A DNA stretch of 64,000 nucleotides from Cenococcum geophilum (Eukaryota), in NCBI GenBank assembly GCA_050273025.1, contig CP158635.1, positions 28,830,001 to 28,894,000 of the forward strand, given 5' to 3'. This document shows, piece after piece, positions 24,617-35,923 of the stretch; position 1 is the first letter of the stretch, and each line of letters begins with the position of its first letter. The translations under genes were made by a program, and so were the position numbers. Below the pieces are notes generated by a model that made no database searches, was not told where the DNA came from, and was given only the letters and a program-made list of their open reading frames with translations.

Positions 24617-27058
24617 AGCTTTAGCAGACCTTAGCGATATTATAGGTAAAGCACCGGTGACTTGCCTAAGGGTTAATAGCGACATGATAACTGAAGAAAT
24701 GGCTAGAACTATTAGCCGCCTTTTAAATAATATAGTACTAGGACTAGATAGGATCCTAAATAAAGCCCTAAAGACCTACGGACTATTAATAGCACCTTAG
24801 CTTGCGGATATAGCTAGAGTATACTTTATAATAGGCTACTACCTAAGACTTAGAAGAGCTATAACAACGTTTATCCTACGCAAAGAAGGTAAAGCAGACT
24901 ACTTACTCCTAAGGAGCTACCGCCCTATTGCTTTAGAGAATACCCTTAGCAAGATCTTAGAAAGGGTAATAGCGGACTATATAGTAGACACGGCTAAGGA
25001 ATACGCCCTACTACTATAAAGCTAAATAGGGGCAAGAAAGAACCGCTTAACACTATTAGCACTTACGCTACTCGCTGCCACTATTAAATCTGTATAGGTG
25101 ATGCGAAGGGACTTTATAGCATTAATGCTTAGCCTAGATATTAGTAGCGCCTATAATAATATACCCTATAAGCGTCTTTTATATATCCTTAGGGTAAAAG
25201 GCTTCCTAGAATGAATTATATAATTTATTTAAGGGTTTATAGGTTAAAAAGAAATATTACTAGTCTTTAGCGGATACTAAAGCCCCCCTATTGTAGTTGC
25301 AACAGGAATACTATAAGGATTACCCCTCTTACCTATACTCTTCCTTTTCTTTATAAGCAACCTGCTTAACTCCTTTAAGGAAGGGGCAACCTAGGGGATA
25401 GGCTTTATTAACGATATAAACCTAATTATATATAGGCCAATAGCTGTAGAGAATTGTAGAATATTAGAGAAAGTATATAACACCTATATAGAATAGGCAA
25501 GACGATATAGAGTCTAATTCTCACTAGAGAAATACTAGCTAATCCATTTTATAAGAAAATATAACTAATCTACAGATCTTTAGTATATAATTTACATTTA
25601 AGGCTTTAGGGGTTAACCAGTTTAGGGCCTAAGAGTATTAAAAGTATAGGTAGATAGTAAGCTCTAGTAAAGCGCATATACGGCGTAAGCGGCCTATAAA
25701 GGCTAAGTATAGTATATTATATTATCTAGGATCGTTAATTCTATATAGGGTCCATGCTTCTAGAGGTCACGCCTACTATATACAGCAGTTATCCGGCTAA
25801 CTATAATGTATAGGTCTAGTATCTGGGCTATTAGAGAATCTAAGAAAGGCCCCCCTAAATCGCTCCTTAAACCACTCTAAAAGGTCTAAACAGTCTACCT
25901 TTAAAGTATAATAGGTAGATATAAGCGAACGGTTATAGCTCTACTTAAGAAGGAAGCTAATATTCCCCCCCTATAATTATATATTAAAGTCACTATAATG
26001 CAAAAGGCGTAAAAGAAACGTAATTTTAATATTATAAAGTATATTAAGATACGCCTAAATAAACTATAGAGGGACCCTAGGGCGCCTTGTAGGAGAATAA
26101 ACTAATAACCCTAAAGTAGGGAAAATATATTGGAGAAATAGGTAAAGAAAGTAAAAAAAGAATAGCGCTGCTTTAGAGCCTAGGCCTATATAGAGGAGGA
26201 AGGGAGACGTATAAGAGGCTAGTAAGGATAATAGTAAGAGAGAAAAAGGAGCTAAAGTAAAGTATAAAAGAACGCTAGGAAACTATCTACCGTAATATAA
26301 TACTGGCTAGACTAACGCTAAAAAGGTATATAGGAGTTAAAGGTATAGAGGCTAACTAAGGTAAAAGGAACCTAAGCCGTAACATAGTTAACGCTATAGG
26401 GGGTAGATACCTTAGGGCTTTAAGAAGGCCTAATAAAGGTAGAAAATATAATAGCAACACTCTTAAGAATAGGAATAATAGGACTAAAAAACTGGCTCTA
26501 CTGAGTAGGTATCCTAGTAGGTAGCCTAAGATATAAATATAGCTGGCTAAGATAGACACTAAAACACGTAATACTGTTATGCCCCTTACGCACTAACTAA
26601 GAAGTAATACTCTTAGTAGCTAGCACAGAGAACTATAAAACACTACTCTTAATATAAAAAGGCCTTAAGGCGGTTACCTAGTGGCTTATTAGCTAAAATA
26701 TACTAAACCAGTTCTGGGTTATAAAGGAAATAATAATAGAGGGCGGGGGGGCGAGTAACGGGCGCCCCCTAATAACTTTATAGTAGTAGAGTAAAGTATA
26801 TAATACTAGCGCGTCCGTAGGCTTATTACGGCAGTAGTGGTTTCTAAGGAGGTTAAAAAGTAAGGTAGTAAAAGCACCATAGGTGACTTATAGGCGCCTT
26901 ATAGGCAAGTCCTAAAAGGCAGGGAGATAGATTATGGGGTTTTCTTAAGTTAAGTCTTTCTTAAGTTAAGTTTTCTCCCTATATATAAATAAAGAGTAGT
27001 CCGTATAGGCCCAATAGGGATTTAAATTAGACGTTAAGCAATAAATTATTATTATTTA
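24617..27058 (+). mobile_element. Tad1-like LINE family Y, 5'-truncated, inserted in G2
   Basis: De-RIP PGPDGIPNE, SYRPIALENTLSK, QMGAR, LDISGAYDN, PQGSPLSPILF, GFVDD; (TTA)n tail. 15-bp TSD TTATTATTTTATTAT at 24602-16 and 27059-73. Confidence 0.93.
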
Positions 27059-28495
27059 TTATTATTTTATTATTTAAAGGCTTCTATCTTAAAGCGTATC
27101 TTAGAATCTACTTTTATAAGCTAAGGGTATCTAAAAATAAAGTTATAACCTATAAAGTTAGCCGCCTAGAAGGGTTGTAGGCTAACTACCTTAGTGCGGT
27201 TATATATATTAGCTACTAATACTATAAGCTTATAGGCACTATATAGTTTAATTTAATACTTATTTAAAAAGCCTATAATAGGTTTCCGCTACCTTTATAA
27301 TAAAATAAGTTTATACTCTTTTACTAAATTATATTATATAAGATTAATTTTAGCGCATCTTATTTATAGGGAGTATTATTTTTAGCTTAATAGTAATACG
27401 GAAAGTCTTTCCTTTTATATCTTGCCCTAGTTACAGCCGGGAAAAGTCTATAACTAGGGATTTTCTTTTTTTAGATTATTAGTGCGGTTATTGCCTTACT
27501 TATTTTTCTAATAAAATCTACCTCCGGAGTTTTCTTTTAACTTTTTAAAGTATTCCTATAAAGGTGCTAGATAGGTATTAGGTTAACCCTAAAAGTCTTT
27601 CCCGTTATTTAAGGCTCCTAACTTTAACCCTTTTAAAGTTCTCTTTAAGAACGGCTTTTTTTAAAGGTTAAGTCTGCCTTACGTTACTACTAGAGTACTT
27701 ATGCTTTTTACTGGAAGAGGTCTAGTTCCTTATTATATCTTTAGTATTTAGAACTACTTGTTTAAAATCCGTATATATAGTAATCCGCAATAGGGCTTTT
27801 ACGCGCTTTATTTTATTATAAATTATTAGCTTAATTCTAGCCTAAATAAACCTAATCTTCTCCTTTTTATAGATACTACCGTCCTTATTTTTTTAAAAGG
27901 GCTTTCGATCTATTTATTAAGTATAAGTTTTTATAAAGTTTATAAACTGGCGGAAGTTATAGCGGTTAAGCTGTATTCTATTTTAGAATAGCTCTATATT
28001 ATCGTATTATATAATATACAGATCTTAAGTCCATTTCTTTAGGAAGGTTTATAGCTATAACTATATAGTAATTTGCTCTTTATTAAGCTAATTAAGTGCA
28101 ATCTAATTTAGCGATTAGTCTTTAATCTTACTAATAATTTAGCTTATACGCTCTTTAGTATTATCTTATATTATTAGTATCTTAAAGAAGTTATCTACCT
28201 TATAAACCTAATTATCTAACTATTAGGCGTTGGGTTTATAGCGGAGTTTTAAACTACTAGAGGCCTTAGCTAGTTAGTTTATATCTTTTTTCTATTTGTA
28301 GTGTAGATAACTCTCTAAGTCTTTTCTACCTTCTTAGGTAAGTACTAGGTAGCCCCTAAAAAGCCTTTAACCTTAATTAGGTTGTAAAAGAATTTACCTA
28401 GCTTAGATTAAACCCTATTAGATATAGATTTGCCCTTAAAGGGTTCTAATATATTTATTAGTGGCTTTCTCTTATATAGCTTCTAAGAGCCTTAT

Positions 28496-28688
28496 TATAA
28501 CGGCACTAGAGCGCGTCACCTAGTCAGGGGTTCGCTTAAGACTTGGCGTATATATATAGACGTGGCCTCACCACCTTCTCTTACTCCTTAGCTTAATATC
28601 TTTATAATACAGCATTCGTTCGCTTGATCTTGTAAGCATTTATTTAAGTCTCTATTAAGACATTTATTTAATAGTTTAAGCCGTTACA
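28496..28688. mobile_element. Solo LTR, 193 bp, in G2 gag
   Basis: T(A/G)TAACGGC...GCCGTTACA ends, TSD CTTAT; the empty site is visible in the second G2 copy at ~56490-56515. Confidence 0.92.
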
Positions 28689-29774
28689 CTTATAATAGCT
28701 TCCTAATATCTATCTTAAAGAAGATTAGTATAGGGCTCTTAACCTTCTAAACTTAGGCTTAGGGAAGCTCCTACTATAGAAGTAGTACTAGTACTAGTAG
28801 CTAGTATAGGTTTCCTAATAAGGCTTAGGTCTTAAGTTAGTAGTTAATTTAAATTACTTAAAGGGGTAAGCTTGCTTAGCTTATAAGCAGTTTATATACT
28901 ACTACTATGCTAATTATAGGCCGGTAGTCTTCTAAGAGGGTTTTAGTTAGTTCCCTAGTTAAACGCGTTAGTATATTCCTTTAGTATTTTTAGCTTAGGG
29001 GAAGATCTTAAAGTCGCCTCTAGCGCTTAATCTTTTAATTAGCCTAGGGCTAGAGGGGCTTTAGTTACTTTTTAGTAGCGTTATAACCGTTATAAAGGGT
29101 ATCTACGTTTTCCTTAGCGGTGACTGTAGGTGTACGAGAGTCTTTAAGCTCCTAGAGCATCTAGGTATTAGGGCTCGTTTAGCTGTCTTACCTAGAGGGT
29201 TATATTATCGCAATCTCTCGCTATTAGAGGGACCTTCCTACCTTTACGCGACGGCTTTATGCGACGGCTTTCTATGAGGTGCCTATGGAGTTTCCGTTTA
29301 GGTCGTCGCGAGATTTTAAGAAAGAATAGTAGTTGTAAATAAAAGATATAAATAAACAATCTAGTCCTTAAGCCGACTGCCCTTCTAAAAGAAGTAAGAA
29401 GGATTTAAATATAAGGGGATCTTATAGATAGGGGGCTATAAGGACACAATTATAGAACAGAATAGATTGGTAAGAGAGACAAATCCTTAAGAAGGTAAGG
29501 CCTCTAGGATTATAGAGACTATATACTATAGGCACGTGCCTCTAGTACGTAACTAGCGACTATTTAAGGGGCGTCTGGAGGTTGTCCTAAGGGCAACTTA
29601 AGGTATTCGCAATAATATCCTTTATAAGAAGGTCTCTATAATATAAGGTAAGTATAAGTAATAAAAATAGGTGGTAAGTAATACAATAGTAAGAAACGGG
29701 GTAGTGAATTATAAGGTAATAGGCATTAAAGATAATAGTAAGATAGTAGTAAGAAAATCCGATTCAGGTTAATA

Positions 29775-29905
29775 GGTTAAGCATTATAACTCCTATAGCA
29801 CCCTAAATCTCTATCTCTATATCAATCCTTCTAATGTCTTTAATATATTTAAGCTGCTATTTACTAATAAAGTTATAAATAAGCTAACTAAGTAGATAAA
29901 CGAGT
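29775..29905 (+). pseudogene. Probable piggyBac-like transposase N-terminal fragment
   Basis: De-RIP INPSDVFDIFKLLFTDEVMDKLTEWTNE resembles the F.LFF......TN motif. No termini found. Confidence 0.5.
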
Positions 29906-30719
29906 TACTAGAGGAATCTATTAGCTTAGCTCAGTACTTTTATTAATATTTAGTATTAGTGTAGGGCTGTATTAATATTAGTATTAAATATTGGTTTAAT
30001 ATTGGTTCGATATTTAATACTAAATATAGTATAGTGTAAGCTTTGTGGTGTAGGGGAATTAATTAAGCGACTTTATTATAAATCTACGGAAATTAAGTGG
30101 AATATATATATGAAATATGGTAGTAGAGGTTGATATCAATACTAATAACAGCTGCAGTAGACAACGTAATAGAAATAAGTAGTAAGACATATAATGTTAA
30201 GAAGTAGGGTAGTGAGTTATAAGGTAGTATAAGCTTTAGTACTAGTAGTCGGTTATATATAGTGTTAGTAGGGGGGGTACTTAAGCAGTCTCTTTTATCT
30301 TAGTAAGCGACTTAAACAGTAAGGGCAAACTAAAGACGCCTTACTAATACTAAAGTATTACTAGTTTCTATCCTAAAAAACGCCACTATCTTTTAACTAA
30401 TCAGCTATCTACTGACCTTAAGTTTGCCCTGCTGTCTAAGGGCCTTTAGTGCGGAACTCTATGGTGCTTAACTTTAATTTTTGCAATTTTATATAAGAGA
30501 CACTCTTACCTATATATTTAACTCCCCTATAACACCTATTTAACCTAATATACTAATAAGTTAAGTCAGACCAGTCTCCTCTATAATTAAATACTTTTTT
30601 ATAATGGGAATATATTAGTAGGGGGTAGTCTCTTTAAGCTCGACAACGTGTATATAATAGTACGCGGGCCACCTTAAAGGAGCTTCTTCCTTATAGTAGG
30701 TAGATACCTACGCGTCGTC

Positions 30720-31214
30720 TCTACGAATGTCTCTATAAAAGTCTCTACGAACGTCTCTACGAACGGCTCTACAATCGCCCCAACAGTCGTCCGTACGAAT
30801 CGTCTCTATAAACATCTACACAAACGTTTATATAAACGTCTGCACAAACGCCTGCATAAAGCTCTATATAAAGTTTTTACAAGGCCTTTAAAAACAGGCC
30901 TAAATATAAGCTTTATACGACGCTCTGTATAAAACTCTACTAAGGGCTCTATATAAGGCTCCGCTCGAAGCTCTATTAAAGATCTACTTAAAGCTCTACC
31001 TAGTTATATACTGCCCGGATAAAACGTATACCGACCAGCTCTAGAGGATTATATTAATTAGTTTCAAGCCCTAGAATACCAAGTATTAGACGGTTCGATA
31101 GAGCTTTAAGTAGAGCTTTAATAGAGCTTTAATAGAGCTTTAATAGAGCTTTAAGCAGAGCCTTAAGTAGAGCTTTAAGTAGAGCCTTAAGCAGAGCTTT
31201 AATAGAGCTTCGAT
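30720..31214. repeat. Two oppositely oriented arrays of the 11/12-bp AGAGCTT minisatellite (30720-31000 reverse, 31096-31214 forward)
   Basis: GCTCGAAGCTCT-type units followed by AGAGCTTTAAG(C/T) units. Confidence 0.8.
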
Positions 31215-31548
31215 CTTAGGAGGAGTTAAAGAGCCTAGAGGAGTTGAAGGGTTATAGCGTAGGTCGCCACGTTGTTGTTAGTAATTCCGCTTACTTCGAG
31301 GCATTAAGAGAGGATTCGCGCACGAGTCAGCACAATAAGACGCGTTAAGAAATTTCGACCTATAATTTTAGAACTTTATATTAGCTAAAATTTATAAATA
31401 AGTACATAGATAAATAAAGCGGCCCTTAAAATATAATCGATTACCTTTTAAAGTGGTTAATTAGTTAACTAGTAAAGATATATTGCTCTTTAGTAGCGTC
31501 GCGTTTAATTAATAAGTTAGCACTTATACATTTTCGCACCAAAGGAGC

Positions 31549-31747
31549 TGTCATGGAGTCGACAAAGCAGTTTATAAATAAGCTTGATTGCTAGCTATTG
31601 ACCGTGCTAAGTACATTGACACGTAATGGTTTAAGATGTTCGATGCAGAACAGGAACAGGTTAGGAAACGTGGTCAAAGATATAGGGGTAGTAGTAGTAC
31701 GTGCGTAGGTGTCACGGGATAAACGTGCGCGGGTGACTCTCGTAACA
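31549..31747. mobile_element. Solo LTR, 199 bp
   Basis: TGTCATGGAGTC...GACTCTCGTAACA ends; TSD GGAGC/GGAAC. Confidence 0.85.
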
Positions 31748-33668
31748 GGAACTTAGACGGCAACTAAGATAGTATTGTTAAGTAATCCTAACTAAACTTA
31801 ATCCTATTATACTAGTAAGGGTCTAATAAAGCTATACTGCTTGGGTACTAGTGAGATTTACTATCTTGGTTGCCGGCTGAGTCGCTTACTAAGATAAAGT
31901 CTCTTTAAGCTTAGCGACGTGTTACGTAATAGCGCGCGGGCTATTATATAGATACCTTCTCGGAGCCTTTAAGCCTGAGATTCTTCCTTATAGAGTATTA
32001 TATATATTATATATATTATTTCTATTAGCCTGCTCAGCATCTAACATATAGTCTTAGTATAGTGCGTTATTTAAAAGTAGGCTCCGTACGCCCCTGGGCT
32101 CTAGTAGAGCTTTAAAATAGCTACTTTCTCGCGGCTGCTCTCTTACTACTATCGTCACCTTTGTAATTCTTGGCGTGGTGTAGTAGATGTCGGCTACTCT
32201 TTAGGTTATATAAGGCCTCCAAGCCTCTTATATTACATTTATCACCATAAGCCCACATTAAATAGTACCATATTCGATTCTTGCCGTCGTAAATAGCTTT
32301 ATAAGGGAGAGGATTGCGGGCAAGCTGCTATATAGAAGTAGCTATCCGGCGCCCTTTACTAGTTAGGGTGGTTATATTTAGTATAAAGTCGCTTAACGCG
32401 TTGTCATTACCGCCAGAGTAGGAGAGTGGGTAAATTGATTAGAATTAAGCTTAGAAATAGCAGAGGAGGATATATTGTTATCCTTAGTTACATTAGTAGA
32501 TAAGGGAGGTATGGCGTTTATTAAAGGTAGAGTGTACTGGGGGGGTTAAGCTCTAAAAATTGTTAAAATTAATAATGTTGTGCGCGATGACTTACAAGAT
32601 CTAATTTAATATTTGGTAATTTTTACCCTCTATAGGTTTACCTAATAAATTTAAAATGTATACGTATTATAAGGAGGCCTGAGAGTTATTTACCGATATA
32701 TCTACCTTATTTTTACCACCTTAACTCTAAAAATCTTTAATATTTGAAATCTTTTAGTATTAAATATATCGCATTAATATTAATAAGAGCACTGGCTTAA
32801 CTGATTGGGAAAATATCTAGTAAGGTAGAAAGGGAGTTTTTAAGAAAGCAATAGAAATGTAGTGCCTAACGCTTGTAGGCAGTCACTGTTTATTAATACT
32901 AGACGAAAGCATAGATTTATCTAGTAGTGTATAAAAGTTAAGATTTAAATTTAGAGAAAGCTAGTAAATACCTAAATATAGTAGATATGTTAAAGCCTCG
33001 TTGTTTAAGCTAGCCTGGGGAGGAATAGATTATAATTATTAAAAGGGGTTTATACAAAATCCACCTCTAAAGTTTTGTTTATTTTAATACCCACCTCCTG
33101 CTAATTGAGGCTTAATAGCTTTATATAGTGTAACACTAATTTAGCTTAGTATAACGCCAATCTAGCCTAGTATAACGCTAATTTATATAGTAATCTATGG
33201 GCGCGTGTAGGCGTTATTCTAAAAATTTAAAGAAGCTTAGCGCGTTATATCCCCGCCTTTTTAACCGAAATTTTAGTAAGATGTGTAGAGAACGCGATCT
33301 TTCTAATTTTCCTACTTTATAAGGCTTAAGTTTATATGCTATATAGAGTCTATATATAGGGTTTTAGTATTTTAGCGACAATAAACCTTTCCTAAGTATC
33401 CTTTAGTATCCTTTCTTACCTAACGCTATTCTGTTACTTAATTTATTATTATTTAATCTAATAAAGATTTAGCGAGCCTATTATAAGTTAGTAAAATCTT
33501 AAGTTCTAGTTATGTAATAGTATTATAGTTATTTAGGTACCTATTATTAATTATTATAATAACTATTATTTACTATTACAATAGAATAAGCTTATATAAA
33601 TATAACCTTTTCTCTACCTAAAATAAAGGTAGATCTAACTAATATATACCTCTATTTTTATATTTACT

Positions 33669-34554
33669 ATAATAAAAGACTCTAAGTTTGATTTAAATGC
33701 TTTTACTAATAAGGTAATAGGATCTCCTCTATTACCTTTACTAAATCCTTTATCTCTTCTACAGCCTCCCCAGCAGCCGCCGCCGCCGCTACCACTACCA
33801 TTATTATTATTATTCTCTGCGTTGACTACTCTGGCCTTACTACCGCCTATTTACTAGCTGCGCCATCCCTTATACGCGCGCCCCGCTATAGCCGCTAGTA
33901 GAGGCGTCTAGGACGTCCCTTCCTTAGATAAGGATAATAATAGGCGTAGAAGGTCTCTTAGTCTACCTAGGTATATTATATAGCGAGTATAATAGTATTA
34001 TATTGCTAATTATATATAGAGCTACTACTGCTACCCCCCGCTCCTCTGGCCTCTATATACCTACTCCTACTACTACTACTATCGCTAATCTTCCGTCTCC
34101 GGATTAGTGGAATACTAAGTAAAATAACGCCATTGCGCTTAATACTGCTGCCGGGCAGTTTAGGTATATAGGCTAGGCCTTATAGAACTCTCTAGACCTA
34201 CGCTAACGTAAGGGAATTACTTACGCCCGTATAATAAATAACCGATATAGTAAACTAGCTCCTACGGCCTGTAGCTGTTGTGTTGCGCGGGGTTTAGTAT
34301 ATAGGAGGTATTATAGTACTTTTTATACTAATAGAAGCCTTAGATACGCGTATAGTAAATACCGCCGAACTGATTAGGCATGTACCCCACTAATACGGCC
34401 CCCTAAGCCCCGCCTAAGTTAAGCTAATTATAGGAAGGGTAGGATAGAAGGGGTAGTAGGTAAAGTAGCAGGTAGTAGAATAGGTGGAAAGAAGGGTAGA
34501 AGGGGTAAAGGGGGTAGAGGAGGTGGTACTAGAGCTACTAGTATAGCTATATAG
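33669..34554 (+). pseudogene. MULE accessory gene, ~278 aa: Pro/Ser-rich N-terminus, Zn2Cys6-like cluster, Gly/Lys/Arg-rich tail; intron 33971-34019
   Basis: One continuous frame across a GT..GCTAAT..TAG intron, with only RIP-type stops. Cys/Tyr codons at 34270, 34279, 34300, 34351, 34360 and 34381. Start codon inferred from ATA. Confidence 0.7.
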
Positions 34555-35923
34555 ATATCCTAAATTTAAATCTATGCTTACCTATTATATAACTTACTAC
34601 TTAATATAGTGATATAAGATCTAACTTATAAGGCGCCTTAGTTACTATAGGGGTAAATATATAATATATAAGGCGCCTTGGTTATTATAGAGGGATCTAT
34701 AGTAGTAACTAAGGCGCCTTATAGGTTATAGCTACTAAATATAATATTATAATATATTATTTTTACTATAGTAGGATATATTTAGCTAAACTATCCCCAA
34801 AAATTTATAGTATGGCGCTACTGTAAATATAGAGAACGCGTCCTTTTATATATTCTCCTTTCTCTTTACTAGCATTATTAACAACCCTTATCTTCTACTT
34901 ACTCCTACGGTAATATTTTTCTTATATACTATCCTACATAATATTTAAAGTTAGTAAAACCTTTAAGACTATAAATAAAGCTACTAGCTACGTTATAGTT
35001 ATAATTATTAAACTTAATTAGCATCTAAAGCCTGCACTAAATAATAAGAAATCCGTCTAGTATACCTACTACAAGCTAGGCAAATATAGCTACCCCTTTT
35101 ATATGCAAATCGCGCTTATAAAGAACGGCCTTTTTACCCTTATATAATATACGCCTTATACTTGCCCTATTATTACCTATAAAAACTTTAAATAAGCCCA
35201 ATTAACGAAGTATCTATAGTACGCGCTTAAGCTATAGCTAAATAATAACCTAAGAATCCAAACAAAACAACTGGCTAGTAATTAATTTATTATAACTAGA
35301 TACTGGCCTACATTCTAGTAGGTTAATTACGCTAGAATATTAGCCAATAAGGATCTATAGGGCAACGAAATAAATAGCTTTAGGTATATACCGGCCTTAC
35401 TTAAGGTAATAGCTTATTATTATAATAGGTTAGGTATATACGTTATAACTAGCACTATTATTAGAGACGGCGTCTTTAAATAGTGCTTTATAGCACCAGC
35501 TCCCTATATTTCTGCTTTTAAGTATATAAAACCTATTCTAATTCTTAATTCTATATATACTAAATCCGCATTTAGAATAGATCTATTTATTATGGCTATA
35601 AAAGACTTTAATAATTAGATACTTCTAATTACTTAGGCTCTAGTTCCTGGCAAAGTAATTAAGAATTAAATATAGTTTATACGACTTCTTTACTAGATAT
35701 TTTAACGGGCTAAGAAGGAGCTATAAGGCTCTAGTTACAATTGTAAAATAGCTATAATTAGTGATTATTATGCAGGTCTAGTTACTAGCGTTATAGATAT
35801 CCTCCCTTAGGACGAGTATTTTTATTACTTCTACCTTAATTACCTTACTGTGTTACGGACGCTTTAAGTACAATGTTACAACTACTTGGGGAAGAGTCGG
35901 AAGAAGCTAGTTAGTTAATTTAG

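Larger units (their letters stand above)
23878..29614 (-). mobile_element. Ty3/Gypsy 5' half G2 (putative 5' LTR 29331-29614, gag, protease, start of RT)
   Basis: De-RIP AEINLI, FWAANF.GYDF.LGYP, HDHAIDL.EGKQPP..PIYNLS, KGWI..SKSP..APIL. The LTR is inferred from imperfect terminal inverted repeats only. Confidence 0.85.
30295..31897 (-). mobile_element. Unclassified TIR element nested in the hAT
   Basis: Identical 18-bp TIR TTATCTTAGTAAGCGACT and 8-bp TSD AGTCTCTT (30287-94, 31898-905). Mirrored subterminal inverted repeats; degraded minus-strand ORF starting ATG 31304 (MPRSKRN..). Confidence 0.7.
29932..32794 (-). mobile_element. hAT-type non-autonomous DNA transposon
   Basis: TIRs CAGTACTTTTATTAATATT and (reverse complement) CAGTGCTCTTATTAATATT; 8-bp TSD GCTTAGCT/GCTTAACT; AATATT-rich subtermini. 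Degraded minus-strand ORF with an intron (GTAAGT...TTTAG, ~32595-32553). Confidence 0.85.
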
